A DNA stretch of 64,000 nt from Dehalococcoidia bacterium (GCA_965215375.1 CBDCDO010000001.1:1120717-1184716), one strand, 5' to 3'. Counted from the first letter of the stretch, positions 21,501 through 33,603 are shown. Made by a program: numbers and translations. Notes: a model not told the origin generated them from the sequence alone.

Positions 21501-24500
21501 CGCTGCAGTGTCGTCCAGGATGTTGGTGGAGACTTGCTTTACGGTTTCGCCCGGGGCGAACGTGACTGCAGTTCGGCCCACTGCCGTGTAGTCTTTCTCA
21601 CCGTCCGCGGTCAGACCGCCGCTCTTGGCAACGTAATCATCCCCACCCGTTCCGTCCATCGTCTGCCAATGGATAGTTACTGGAGTGCTTTGGGCGGGAG
21701 TCATCGTGATAGTGAAAGTAGCCTGGGCCGTATCGCCTGCTGTCTCGGTGACGGTTGGTGCGTCTGCGATGGTGATGACGGCTCCGTCGTCGTCAGTAAT
21801 ATGGCCGACGGCGGTGGCGGTTTGCACCCTGGCGCCGTGAGCGCCCGTCAACTGCACTCGGAAGGACTCCTGGGCCTCCGGTTCATTGTCCGTCAGTGTT
21901 TGCACCGAAATCGACTGTTCCTTCACGCCCGGCAAGAATGTTACGACTTGCAGTCGATCTACTTCTCGGTAGTCCAGTCCATGGACGGCGGTACCATCCT
22001 CGGTTACCCAGTTGACGGTGACGGTTCGTTCCGTTGCTCCGGACATGGTGACCAGGAACCTCAGTTCGTCCCCTTCGTCCGCCTCGGCATCGGTAATGGA
22101 GAGGGTTGGACGCGGGTCATCGTCGCGGATGATTCCCACCGCGGCTTCCTCGTCCACTGTTACACCGGTGACGTCTTCCAGTAGAACGGTGAACTTGTGA
22201 TTCGGCTCGTCCACTTGGTCTTGGTGGGTGGCGATAGTGAAGGTGCCACCGTCGGTCTGGCCGGCGGGGATGGTGACCTTCTTGGGTGTCAGCGCCGTGT
22301 AATCGCTGCCGGCGGCGGCAATGGCAGCCCCTTCCGCGCCTTCGGCGCCGTCCACGCTCTTGACGGTGAATGTAACGTCCTGCGTCGTCGGCTCGCTTAA
22401 GGCCACGTGGAAGTCCAGGGAGTTGCCCTCGCCAACGCTTTCCCGCGCCGCCGTTACGGAGATGACCGGCCCGTCGAGGATGTACGCCGTGGAGAGGGGT
22501 ATTCGGGCCGCCGCGGTCTCTGGGAAGAGTGTCTGACCGAAAATCTTTGATCCGTATAAGGCATGGATAGTTGAATTGCCTAGCAACACTCTGTCGAACT
22601 CCAGGATCACCGTCTCGGCGCCTTCGCCGGAAACATTGTCGGCCAGCGTGGGCACAGTGAGGGTTCCCTCGGTCTGGCCGGGCTCAATTGTCAGACCTAG
22701 TCCGAAAAAGGCGGTATCTTTGTAGTCCACGCCTATCGTTGCCGTTCCGCCGAGTCCTGAAATGGTCGACATGCTCAAGGGGTAGGGAACGGGATTGGAG
22801 AGTATCGCCCGGAAGACGATGTCCTCCCCTTCGCGAACCCGGTCGTCGTCTGGCTCGATGGTAATCGTCAGGTTCTGGTCGTCGTTGAGGATGGTGCCAC
22901 GAACAGAGATGGCGCTGCCGGGCCCGCAGCGGGGAAGCAGACAGGCGTTGACGGCGTTGCTGAACTTGACGTACACCCGCTCGTCAGGCTCCTCGATGAA
23001 GTCGCCTTTGATCTCGACCTCAACGTATTTCAGCATCTCACCTGGCATGAAGGTCAGCGTGCCCGGCGTGATGGGGGTGAAGTCCTCACCGGAGGTGGCG
23101 TTGAGCGTCGGGTCGATACCTCCGCCGCCGTGCGCATAGTCCACCGTCACCGTACGGCTGCTGGGAGAGGTCAGGCTGACCGGGTAGCGCAGCATGGCGG
23201 TGTCGGAGGTGGGATTCTCACGCCACAACGGGTCCGGCTCTGCCACTTCCGGGTGCCCGTAGCGCAGTTCCGGCATCTTGTCGTCATCAGTAATTGTAAT
23301 CCGGGAAAGTAGCAGGTTGGGGATAACTCGGTTCGTCTGGTCGGACTGTGCGCGGAACTTGATGCCGTGGCTGGCCAGCAGCGTGGCGTAGAAGCATTCG
23401 TTGTCTTCGTGCAGGTCATCGGGCGAGGTAGGCACGGGGATTGTAACGCTCCGATCCCCTTCTCGCATTATGTATTCGACGTATTCGAAGGTTTGATAGT
23501 CAACGTTCTTCTGCGCGAAGTCGTTCTGTCCGCTCTGGCACGCGCTAACTAGGTTAGGCTGGGATCCCTGGACCGCCGCGTTGAACGCTACTGTCTCTTC
23601 CCTCTTCAGCGCCCGCTCCAGGGTAACGGTAAGTTGGGCGTCGCCGCCCTCTGTTACGCTGACGTCCGGCGCGTCCGCCCAGAGTTCTCCATCGTTGTTC
23701 TCGATGATTGCGGTGGAAGTGCGGCTGCCGGCAATGGACAGGTCGCCCGTGGCATTGAAGAGCTCCAGGACGATGGTGTCGTTTCCTTCGACCAACGAAT
23801 CCTTGATGGTGTTGAACGAAATCGTATGGGACTTGCCGTTTTCCTTGCGGCCGTCGAAATCCAGCTTGCCTGTAAGGCCGTCATTGGTGGTGTAGTCGCC
23901 GCGCACGACGCCTCCGCCGAGAGCAGTGATTGGTTCGGCGGTACTGGTGTCTCTGACCTTATATTCAACAGTCCCTTTTCCGTTGCCTTCCAGGTTCACC
24001 TTGAATTCCAGGCCGTCGCCCTCTTCGACCAGGTACTGGACACTCTCGAAGGAAACGGTGGACGGTTCTCGGTCGAGGATGGTGACCTTGTACTTGAGAA
24101 CCGTAGGGTCACTAGGCCCCCCACCGAAGGTCACGCCATTACCTTCAATTTTGAACTCCACTTCGAACGTCTCATCCCCTTCCTTCAGCTTATCTTTCCT
24201 GATCGGGACGTGTACATCGACGGTTTGATCCTTTTTCGCCTGAAATCCACTCTTGGTTCTGGTTAGGGTCCCGCCGGAAGTCTCGGGGTAGCCATAGTCC
24301 TTAAACAACTCGGCAGTGCCTCCTATCGTTTTCGCCGTTATCGCAGCCGTCTGCCGGGTCCCGCTGTGCAAGGTGAACTTGAAGGAAGCCCGCGCCCCCG
24401 GATCCTCAAGCAGTGTGAGGTTGGCAGGAGTGACGACAACTTGGATGTTGTCAGTCTGTATCCCTTGGGCCTCCGCATGGGGCGGAAGCACCGTGAACGC

Positions 24501-24635
24501 CGCCAGGCCCAGCAGTGCGATGCTGAGTACGGCGGCGCCGAGAAATACGAGCCGAATACGAAGGCTCGCGACCGTGAGCGAGCGCGGTCCGATTGACATG
24601 TCCAGTCCTCCACCTGTCTTGCCATGTTCACTCAT
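15594..24635 (-). CDS. Giant Calx-beta repeat surface protein/adhesin (3013 aa) with cadherin-like and FN3-like domains and helical inserts
   Basis: Signal peptide (AEA-Q); many 'EG..F.V.LS..V...T.DGTA..G.DY..D..E..E.F.V.L..I.DDD' Calx-beta motifs; cadherin-like 'DASLFTIDPDTGVL..DFEYPADQGIDNTY'; start may be ATG 24599. Confidence 0.9.
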   Translation of the reverse strand: MSEHGKTGGGLDMSIGPRSLTVASLRIRLVFLGAAVLSIALLGLAAFTVLPPHAEAQGIQTDNIQVVVTPANLTLLEDPGARASFKFTLHSGTRQTAAITAKTIGGTAELFKDYGYPETSGGTLTRTKSGFQAKKDQTVDVHVPIRKDKLKEGDETFEVEFKIEGNGVTFGGGPSDPTVLKYKVTILDREPSTVSFESVQYLVEEGDGLEFKVNLEGNGKGTVEYKVRDTSTAEPITALGGGVVRGDYTTNDGLTGKLDFDGRKENGKSHTISFNTIKDSLVEGNDTIVLELFNATGDLSIAGSRTSTAIIENNDGELWADAPDVSVTEGGDAQLTVTLERALKREETVAFNAAVQGSQPNLVSACQSGQNDFAQKNVDYQTFEYVEYIMREGDRSVTIPVPTSPDDLHEDNECFYATLLASHGIKFRAQSDQTNRVIPNLLLSRITITDDDKMPELRYGHPEVAEPDPLWRENPTSDTAMLRYPVSLTSPSSRTVTVDYAHGGGGIDPTLNATSGEDFTPITPGTLTFMPGEMLKYVEVEIKGDFIEEPDERVYVKFSNAVNACLLPRCGPGSAISVRGTILNDDQNLTITIEPDDDRVREGEDIVFRAILSNPVPYPLSMSTISGLGGTATIGVDYKDTAFFGLGLTIEPGQTEGTLTVPTLADNVSGEGAETVILEFDRVLLGNSTIHALYGSKIFGQTLFPETAAARIPLSTAYILDGPVISVTAARESVGEGNSLDFHVALSEPTTQDVTFTVKSVDGAEGAEGAAIAAAGSDYTALTPKKVTIPAGQTDGGTFTIATHQDQVDEPNHKFTVLLEDVTGVTVDEEAAVGIIRDDDPRPTLSITDAEADEGDELRFLVTMSGATERTVTVNWVTEDGTAVHGLDYREVDRLQVVTFLPGVKEQSISVQTLTDNEPEAQESFRVQLTGAHGARVQTATAVGHITDDDGAVITIADAPTVTETAGDTAQATFTITMTPAQSTPVTIHWQTMDGTGGDDYVAKSGGLTADGEKDYTAVGRTAVTFAPGETVKQVSTNILDDTAAEMDENFSVVITTSNTDITLLRSTAYATIEDDDAYSIWIDDSTPTYVMEGDVNKRVTVKLKRTDASPIESQQDPRFHTHFTYIGCFITEIHDIWPLLAIPNVEDYRSTADVPGDVAYGKDRLPVCHNRGDGADFTLEMFEKEQYELSFDLTIMGDNRPEKNETFTFLLESTGFNHYSRWFLDPESRKFKYITMTIVDDDTPQVSISDISVDESVGSAELTLSLSEPASKHHTVLVSMEDGTAIAWQDYRPQFKHKVEFPAGATEATISVPIIDDAEEEGTETFTVVLSEPSDGLNVHPAGGVGTVTITESITDSRPRLIIRDQVVNEGDDVTLHFEFDPPIPDDTLWASKLYVYPENTWPLAEATAGVDYTSFDDSIELEVSPGDTSLTATISTTEDTIVENDEYIGISVEWHNSEELEPRFDGRTRGQPGGKLTLISIRDDDVHSVSLEPIAASTVEESSDWTITPALTAASDPAGDVTWSVEKEDASLFTIDPDTGVLALSAQDFEYPADQGIDNTYKTHVRVIDEDGNTATQGVQVTVTDIKFAEIDVSISRCCHADPNQRPYGAVEGEDIQVTLQPRFIQTTPVSLKWATAEDTKGANRADATDYTPSETPTAITWPEGTAGTTGSAQSFTISTTEDEQFEAAETFLLSFTEGMTGSTSEVTFNFQGAGASTVHLPGNTAVAVIAIGNDDYPTLSIEDGKAVEKNVVLFNVNLSDTPLEDVTFKWSTTDDTAAANATPPTGATAGTDYTAVTTAQIVTIPAGQRMAKVSVQTTDDAVEENDETFLVELSDPVGAVLSTGESTATGTIQDNDGNNNKPRVSISADSAWVEGGWVNFTIHLSEPLPETVKIPIDLQFITADESDCWDHNGTERCGPDLVPHKSMLGPGYAGIMDHSDILPPHPEKPWLVEVLAGETSGSGSIGVRNDTDDENERFRIVIDTTAAEWPTLKVKEGETTFAEIVIVDDATYAVASGWWDGLSQQARMRMVSDVAAGSDWEHLLSQSVSKPFAKMRAENRARAGALVGELVDAERSGAEKTVDLSTPENWWDDLDCRQRRIAVGEGVTEDKKSPWCRDWPDGGWARLPDPLKFTAMDIFEAIGLQTGAVGNVDDPMPQQSEPLSIPTTAVSNVQLATVDAASVSVSWDAVPHATSYIVSWDSVGSQNSNTGIVPSVTDTSATIQHNAQEAVTLTVTVTPEYVDGDGQTQTLTNLAGTATLSVGSDSAQAAEQTCDLPDDAITVAEITGWHDALDPTKAAAGIKRWNRVLAALGENTGETAMTAEQANAVSNWLKNTRWDRTARTLEALAQCDEPAPPHPPATPSTPEISIASNGEVTEGNAASFTITASPTPHAALTVTVNVSQSGDFGVTTGARTVTIPTSGSYTLTVATSDDSADEADGSVTATVNTGTGYTVSSSNGAATADVSDNDVPQISIASGGNITEGSNASFTITANPTPYAALSVSVNVSQTGDYGVTTGLRTVTIPTSGTYTLTVATSDDSADEADGSVTATLNTGTGYTVSSSNGAATAAVSDNDDPPAKQPEQSCNLPSDAISVAEITGWRDALDPSKAAAGIKRWNRVLAALGEDTGETAMTVEQANAVSNWLKNTRWDRTARTLEAWAKCDEPAPPPPPAKPATPPTPKVSIASNGDVNEGSAASFTITASPAPHAALTVTVNVSQSGDFGVTTGARTATIPTSGSYTLTVATSDDSTDETDGSVTVTLNTGTGYTVSSSNSAATAAVSDNDVPEISIASDGNITEGSNASFTITANPTPYAAQSVSVHVSRNGDYGVTTGTRTVTIPTSGSYTLSVATSDDSMDETDGSVTVTLNTVTGYTVSSSNSAATAAVADDDDPAPPAEVGISIAGASGQEGREVLFEVTLSQAVDHEVKVRWETGFDFNANHPALEAVEFWGMNGWLVFAPGETSKWAEVYLNDDQYTEPDETFLVKLSNPEGGSIVQGKATMTITDDD

Positions 24636-25119
24636 GGCTGTGCATTCGATGCTTCCGCATCAGGAGGATTAGCATTCTATGCAGTCACAGAATGGTCAAT
24701 GACGGCAGGCACACTGGGTGCAATCGCATTGGGACCGATTCGTGTCGGTCATTACACCGAAAGGGTGTAGCCACATACTTGATACGTGGGAAGAATCCAG
24801 TGGTCTCGGGTCTACCAGATATGGCAAGTGCTGTTGCCTCGGCGACAGGAGGCATCCGGAGGCGCTCGGGGATCCTCGGTCTTGCTCGAGAGGAACCGGG
24901 ACGCATCGCTCAGCCCGTTGATGCGTCAGCGCCTCCAGGAAGGAGGACAGGGTGTGGCGTGAGAGGCCACTTGATCCGCCTATCTCAGCGGCGAGAAACG
25001 GATAGCGCGCCTGGCCTTTGTGACCTGCGACGAGTGTCTAGATGTCCAGTGCCTATTGAGCTACCTCGTAGTCACGTCTTGTCGGAGGCGCGTCCAAGAG
25101 CCTGTCGAGGTGGTTGATG

Positions 25120-25490
25120 AGGAGCTGAGCGAGTTCCTGCTCACCTTCGTTCAGCGCATTGAAGTGAATCCAGTTCGTGCCGAGATTCGGTACACCATCG
25201 CCATACCAACTGACAGCCCGAGCGGGTCCCCGATCAAGTCGGGGACGGGGGACTTTGGGTCCCCGACTAGGTTGGGGGCGGAGGGGGCTTATGGTGCCCG
25301 ATCAAGCCGGGGCCGGACGGTTTTGGGGCAATAGCGGGTGTCTTTGGGGAGTTGAGCGAGTTCGTGCTCACCAGCGCGCTTACCGAGACTTGTGCTTTCT
25401 CGTGCGCGTTCATCCAGCGCTTCGAGGTGATGCCAGGCTTTTCGGTGATTTGCTACACCATGCCCATGCCCATGCCCATGCCCGAGGACA
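25120..25490 (+). pseudogene. Two tandem remnants of a large serine recombinase C-terminus, interleaved with REP-B clusters
   Basis: 'ELSEFLLTFVQRIEVNPVRAEIRYTIAIPTDS' and 'ELSEFVLTSALTETCAFSCAFIQRFEVMPGFSVICYTMPMP..ED' are homologous to each other and resemble the 'FV..I.V.P....I.YTIPMP' tail of integrase-type serine recombinases; next to a tRNA 3' end. Confidence 0.55.
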
Positions 25491-25626
25491 AAGCGGGTCC
25501 CCGATCAAGTCGGGGACGGGAGGCTTTGGGTCCCCAATTTGAGTCGGGGACGGGGTACTTTTGGTTCCCGACTAGGTTGGGGACGGGTGGGTTTGGGGTT
25601 AGTGGGGCTTTTGAGACGCTTTAGGG

Positions 25627-25702
25627 TGGTGGCCCCAACGGGATTCGAACCCGTGCTACCAGCTTGAAAGGCTGGCGTCCTAGGCCTCTAGACGATAGGG
25701 CC
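25627..25702 (-). tRNA. tRNA-Glu (TTC)
   Basis: GGCCCTATCGTCTAGAGGCCTAGGACGCCAGC-CTTTCAA-GCTGGTAGCACGGGTTCGAATCCCGTTGGGGCCACCA cloverleaf with encoded CCA. Confidence 0.97.
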
Positions 25703-25727
25703 CACCTGGGATCAGCTTACACGTCGA

Positions 25728-26912
25728 TCACGCAGTGAGCTCGGCGATGGCGGCGGCAAATCCGGGTGCGGCGCCTTCGAGCTCTCGCTGTTCGACGCAG
25801 TAGGAGATGCGGAAGTAACCCGGCATTCCGAAGCCTCGGCCAGGCACGACGAGAACGCCTTGTCGCTGGAGCGCTTGGACGAGCTGCATTTCGTCGGCGA
25901 CGGGCGACTTGGGGAACATGTAGAACGCGCCCTCGGGCTTGCGGACTTCGTAGCCGGCGGTGGTGAGCACGTCGTACAGGTCGTCGCGCTTGCGCTGGTA
26001 GTCGGTGGTGTCGATGGTCACGGTTTGGAGATTGCGGACGAGGTGCTGCATGATCGCGGGCGCGTTGACGAATCCGAGCACGCGATTGCAGAAGATCAGG
26101 GCGTCCATCATCTGTCCGCCGTCGTCGTAGTCGGGGTGCAGCGCGATGTAGCCGATGCGATCGCCGGGCAGGGCGAGGTCCTTGGCGTGTGAGGTGACGG
26201 TGATGGTCCGCTCGTAGGAGTTCTGTGGGAACGGGTAGGTGTGCTCGTCGAAGAGGATTTTGCGATACGGCTCGTCGCTGACGAGGAAAATCTCGGTGCC
26301 GAACTCGCTCGACTTTGCCCGCAGGAGCTCGGCCAGTGCAGCGATGAACGGCGCGGGATACATCGCCCCGGACGGGTTGTTGGGTGAGTTTAGGATGACG
26401 ATCTTGGTGCGATTGGAGAGTTTGCTCTCGAGTTCGTCGAGGTCGGGGATGAAGTCATCGTCGCACCCGACGACGACGGGTCGAGCGGCGTGATTGGTGG
26501 CGTAGAAGAGGTACTCGGCGAAGTAGGGGGCGAGGATGATGACCTCGTCGTCGCGATCGCAGAGGGCATGGACCACGACGTTGAGCGCCGCCGCCGCTCC
26601 GGCGGTCATGACGATGTGGTTGGGTCCGTACGTGAGGCCGGTTTCGTCGGAGAGTGCGTCGGCGACGGCTTGTCGGGTTTCGACGTAGCCCGCGTTGGGC
26701 ATGTATCGGTGGACGCCTTGTGCGTCGTTGTCGGCGAAGTTGCGGAGTTCGTCGAAGAACTGAGCTGGCGGCTCGACGACTGGGTTGCCGAGCGAGAGGT
26801 CAAAGACGTTCTCGGCACCGCGCTCTTGTCGGAGTTGGATGCCGAGCTCAAACATCCGTCGAATCCAGGAGCTGTCTTCCATGGCTCGCTGGATATCAGT
26901 GGCAATCGCCAT
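25728..26912 (-). CDS. PLP-dependent aminotransferase class I/II (aspartate aminotransferase-like)
   Basis: 'FDLSLGNP', 'LNSPNNPSG', 'SDEPY', 'SHAKDLALPGDRIGY', 'RISYC'. Confidence 0.93.
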   Translation of the reverse strand: MAIATDIQRAMEDSSWIRRMFELGIQLRQERGAENVFDLSLGNPVVEPPAQFFDELRNFADNDAQGVHRYMPNAGYVETRQAVADALSDETGLTYGPNHIVMTAGAAAALNVVVHALCDRDDEVIILAPYFAEYLFYATNHAARPVVVGCDDDFIPDLDELESKLSNRTKIVILNSPNNPSGAMYPAPFIAALAELLRAKSSEFGTEIFLVSDEPYRKILFDEHTYPFPQNSYERTITVTSHAKDLALPGDRIGYIALHPDYDDGGQMMDALIFCNRVLGFVNAPAIMQHLVRNLQTVTIDTTDYQRKRDDLYDVLTTAGYEVRKPEGAFYMFPKSPVADEMQLVQALQRQGVLVVPGRGFGMPGYFRISYCVEQRELEGAAPGFAAAIAELTA

Positions 26913-26950
26913 TTGTTCGCCTCCAGGTTGCTGCTGCCGTCGTCCGCAGG

Positions 26951-27382
26951 CTACTCCAGCTCTCTGTTGAGCAGTTGTCGGATCTCGTCGCCGATTTGGT
27001 CACGGATGCGTCGGAAGAGTTGTGTGAGTTCGGCATCAGTGAGGTCGGGAGCGTCTGGATCCTGGAAGGAGCGGTGCAGCGTTCGTTGTGCGCCGAGGAA
27101 GACGGGGCAGGACTCCTTGGCCGCGTCGCAGACGGTGAGCACGAGGTCGAAGTGGTCGTTCACGTAGCGGTCGACGTGGTCTGAGGTGTGGTTGGAGATG
27201 TCGATCCCGACTTCCGACATGACTCGGATGGCGAGCGGGTGAACGCCCTTCGGATGAGTGCCGGCGCTGGCTACTTCGACGCGATCGCCGCCGATGTGCT
27301 TCAGCCATCCGTGTGCCATCTGTGATCTCGCACGGTTGCCGGTGCAGATGACGAGGATGCGGAATCGTTCGGTTCCGCTCAT
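26951..27382 (-). CDS. arsC: Arsenate reductase, LMW-PTP family
   Basis: 'CTGNRARSQMA' P-loop, 'SAGT.P..VHPLA', 'TVCD.AKESCPVF', 'DP'; ATG 27382 with GGAG RBS. Confidence 0.88.
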   Translation of the reverse strand: MSGTERFRILVICTGNRARSQMAHGWLKHIGGDRVEVASAGTHPKGVHPLAIRVMSEVGIDISNHTSDHVDRYVNDHFDLVLTVCDAAKESCPVFLGAQRTLHRSFQDPDAPDLTDAELTQLFRRIRDQIGDEIRQLLNRELE

Positions 27383-27470
27383 GATGGTCGCTCCTTCCGC
27401 ACTCTCTTCGGGCTCCATTTTCGATGGGTCGAGACGTACCATATGAGATGCGTCGCAGGGAGGATTGTGG

Positions 27471-28895
27471 ATGAGCCAGCAGCGCGGCTATCGTCGGCGG
27501 CCCGGGGATGTGGTCTTGCGACGGGTCCGTCTGCAGCCGGAGCGTGTCCGAGGGAAGCGGCAGCGACGTCTTCGCATTGCGCCGCGCTCGTGGATGGTCG
27601 TGGCGGTGTTCGCGCTGGTGATGTTGATTGGCGGCGCGATCCTGCATTTGCCGCAGGCGTCGGCGAGCGGTGAGTCCGTACCGTTTCTGGACGCTCTGTT
27701 CACATCGGTCTCGGCAGTGAGCGTGACGGGGCTGACCCGATTCGACACTGAGGAGACGTTTTCGCACTTTGGCGAGTTTGTCACCTTAGCGCTGTTTCAG
27801 CTCGGTGGGTTGGGCGTGACGATCTACGCGGGCGTGCTGATCGTCCTGGCGGGCCAGCGACTGGGGATGCGCGGGCGGGCGTTTTTCGGGCTGGAGTTGA
27901 TGACCGCTGGAGTTGACGGCTCGGGCGCGTCGGTGCTGCTGCGTCGGGTGATGATCTATACGGCGATTGTTGAGCTGGTGACGTTTGGTCTGCTTCTGCC
28001 GTGGTTCTTGATTGAGCTGCCGGGGGACATCTCCAGCCGACGGGCGGTCTGGTTGGCTGGCTATCACGCGATTTCGGCGTTCAACAACGCGGGCCTCGAC
28101 CTGATGGGCGGGAGTCGCAGCTTCGTCGGGCAGGCTCACGACGCTTGGCCGATGGTCGTGATGGGGATTTCGGCATTTCTGGGGTCGCTGTCGTTTCTCA
28201 CGGTGTTCAATCTCCGACAGCCGCGTCGACGCTGGACGCTCGATACCAAGATGGTGATCACGGGGATGTTCGGGTTGCTCGTGGTCGGCATGGTGTTTTT
28301 CCTTGTTGCCGATTGGTCGAGGATGTTTGCCGACCAGAGCATTGGTGCGAAGGTCACGAACTCGCTATTTCTCTCGGTCAACCGGACGACGGGGATGACG
28401 ACGGTGCCGCTCGATCAGGCGAGCGACGATACCTCGCTGGCGATGATCATCCTGATGTTTATTGGTGGGGCATCGACGTCAACCGCGTCGGGGATCAAGA
28501 TTGGCTCATTCATGGTGGTCACGTTTGGTGTGCTATCGGCGTTGGTTGGCGCGCCGCGGGTGATCGCGTTTGGGCGAGAGATTGCGCCGTCGGTGGTGCT
28601 GCGGGCGAATGCGCTCGTATTGATCGCGCTCAGTGGTTATGTCTTCGGTTTGCTGTTCTTCATCGCGGTCGACCCTCACATCGACCTGCTGCCGGCGGCG
28701 TTCGATGTGATGTCGGCGCTGGCGAACTGTGGCTGGTCGCAGGGCGCAGCGCAGTCGGCGACACAGTCGGGGGCGAATATCCTGATCTTGATGATGTTTG
28801 TGGGTCGAATGGGACCGCTGGTGATCACTGCGATGATTCCCGATCGTCCGCGCGAACGATTCCGCTATCCCGCCGAAGCAGTGAGAATCGGTTAG
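27471..28895 (+). CDS. trkH: Trk/Ktr potassium uptake membrane subunit
   Basis: 'DALFTSVSAVSVTGL', 'QLGGLG', 'ISAFNNAG', 'MFIGG..STASGIK', 'MFVGRMGP'. Confidence 0.92.
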   Translation: MSQQRGYRRRPGDVVLRRVRLQPERVRGKRQRRLRIAPRSWMVVAVFALVMLIGGAILHLPQASASGESVPFLDALFTSVSAVSVTGLTRFDTEETFSHFGEFVTLALFQLGGLGVTIYAGVLIVLAGQRLGMRGRAFFGLELMTAGVDGSGASVLLRRVMIYTAIVELVTFGLLLPWFLIELPGDISSRRAVWLAGYHAISAFNNAGLDLMGGSRSFVGQAHDAWPMVVMGISAFLGSLSFLTVFNLRQPRRRWTLDTKMVITGMFGLLVVGMVFFLVADWSRMFADQSIGAKVTNSLFLSVNRTTGMTTVPLDQASDDTSLAMIILMFIGGASTSTASGIKIGSFMVVTFGVLSALVGAPRVIAFGREIAPSVVLRANALVLIALSGYVFGLLFFIAVDPHIDLLPAAFDVMSALANCGWSQGAAQSATQSGANILILMMFVGRMGPLVITAMIPDRPRERFRYPAEAVRIG

Positions 28896-28903
28896 GAGTC
28901 GAA

Positions 28904-29548
28904 ATGCAGGTCGCGATCCTGGGGCTGGGACGATTTGGCTCGCACTTGGCCGAGGCGCTGGACGATTTGGGCCACGAGGTGCTGGCGATCGACCTCGATG
29001 AGAGCCATGTACACGAGCTCGCCGCCAAGGTGACAGACGCGCGGATTGCGGACATCACCGATATTGACGCGCTCCGAGCGCTGTCGCTTGGCGAAGTCGA
29101 CGTTGCGGTCGTGGCGACGGCCGATCTTGAAGCGTCGGTGCTGGCGCTCATGAATCTGAAACAGTTGAAGGTCGAGATTGTGTATGCGAAGGCATCGTCG
29201 GACCGTCATCAACGGATTTTGCGGTTGCTCGGCGCGCATCGGGTGATTCGACCGGAGCGTGATGGCGCGGAGCGATTTGCGCACATCATCCAGGTTGCGG
29301 GAGCGACGGATTTTCTGCCGCTCACCCCGAGCTATGGGATCGGCGTGTTTCCGATTCCGGCGCCGTGGGTTAGCCAGACGATCGAGTGGGCGTTGGAGCG
29401 GGCGGGGAGTCGGCGTCTGATCGCGGTGGTCCGAGGCGATGAGGTGTTGTTGAACCCGGTGATGTCGGAGCGGGTGCTGCTGAACGACAAGTTCGTGTTC
29501 TCGGCGTTTGATCAAGAGCTGGGCAAGCAGCTGGACGGTCGGTTCTAG
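28904..29548 (+). CDS. trkA: Trk/Ktr potassium uptake NAD-binding (RCK) subunit
   Basis: 'MQVAILGLGRFG..GHEVLAID', 'LGAHRVIRPE'; AGGAG RBS; true start lies inside ORF 28145..29548. Confidence 0.92.
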   Translation: MQVAILGLGRFGSHLAEALDDLGHEVLAIDLDESHVHELAAKVTDARIADITDIDALRALSLGEVDVAVVATADLEASVLALMNLKQLKVEIVYAKASSDRHQRILRLLGAHRVIRPERDGAERFAHIIQVAGATDFLPLTPSYGIGVFPIPAPWVSQTIEWALERAGSRRLIAVVRGDEVLLNPVMSERVLLNDKFVFSAFDQELGKQLDGRF

Positions 29549-29595
29549 GGTTGCTGGCGGTCGGTTGGGGAATACAAGCAGAGCGGGGGCAAACG

Positions 29596-29631
29596 ACAAA
29601 GCGGCCGATCTGTGGTGATCGACCGCTTTGT
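29596..29631. terminator. Hairpin between convergent trkA and tRNA-fMet
   Basis: acaaagcggccgatc-tgtggt-gatcgaccgctttgt. Confidence 0.6.
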
Positions 29632-29639
29632 GACGGGTT

Positions 29640-29714
<75 letters not shown>

Positions 29715-29818
29715 ACGGGAGGGATTAGTGAAGAGATGCGTACGCGTGTAGTTGACGCTTGCCTGATGACTGTTTGCTGCGTTGCGCTGCACTGGGAGTG
29801 CTGCGCGTGGCGCAGGGC

Positions 29819-32813
<2,995 letters not shown>

Positions 32814-33178
32814 TGCGCTACGCCACGCGCTGCACTGGTGAACGAGCGTCAGTCCCCGAGGTAGTTGCAGCCTCGAGGCCCTCGTTCGGTGTTGCGCGCC
32901 GCGCTGTTTCCCCGACCCATGTCGGGACTCAGCGCAGTCATCTTGCATGTCATCAGAACCACACACGTACCTCCCGCGTTCGCCCGGCCGTCCAAGCGGC
33001 CGTCGACGCGAGAGTTTCCCGCAGCCCCCCTGATGTCGATGGAGACCGACGCCGTCGCCGATTTCCGGGGGGATGCTGTGGACGCATCTCAATCACTATG
33101 TCCCTTGTCAAGGCGCACTCTGTTTTCGGTTGGCCCTGCGCTCTGGCGGGGTCAGGTGAACCAGTGGTGCGAAACACA

Positions 33179-33208
33179 ATCATACCCACGTGTGTGAGCC
33201 GATGTCAA
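33179..33208 (-). promoter_or_regulatory. Putative promoter of the stand-alone 23S unit
   Basis: TTGACA-18 nt-TATGAT on the minus strand about 370 nt upstream of 23S. Confidence 0.65.
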
Positions 33209-33252
33209 CAAGTGGTTTACACAGTGGCTGGCAGATCGGGGGATTTCGGCCG

Positions 33253-33603
33253 TCAGTTAGCAACTTCGGCGGCTTCTGCTGACGCTCCGACTTCGAACGC
33301 GTCCAGCTCAGCTTCCGCGAGCTCCGGCAATCGCTTGATGTCCAGGTTGCCGACTCGCTCTTCGGCGAGTGCGAGGTCGTGGGCGGTCTGCATCCGCATC
33401 CACGCCTCTGGCGTGCTTCCGAACGCCTTCGACACTTGCACAGCCATTTCAGCGGTGATTGGAGCTCGCTCGAGGCACACTTCGGATAACTCGACAGCGT
33501 CCAAGCCCATTTGCTCGGCCGCTGTCTCGATCGTCGAGCCGGTCCCAGGCAAGCAGAATTCGATGAACATGCCGCCCGGGTGGGGTGGACGCTTCATCGA
33601 CAT
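33253..33603 (-). CDS. higA: HigA family antitoxin (HTH)
   Basis: 'MKRPPHPG', 'AAEQMGL', 'ITAEMA..SKAFGSTPEAWMRMQTAHDL'. Confidence 0.92.
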   Translation of the reverse strand: MSMKRPPHPGGMFIEFCLPGTGSTIETAAEQMGLDAVELSEVCLERAPITAEMAVQVSKAFGSTPEAWMRMQTAHDLALAEERVGNLDIKRLPELAEAELDAFEVGASAEAAEVAN

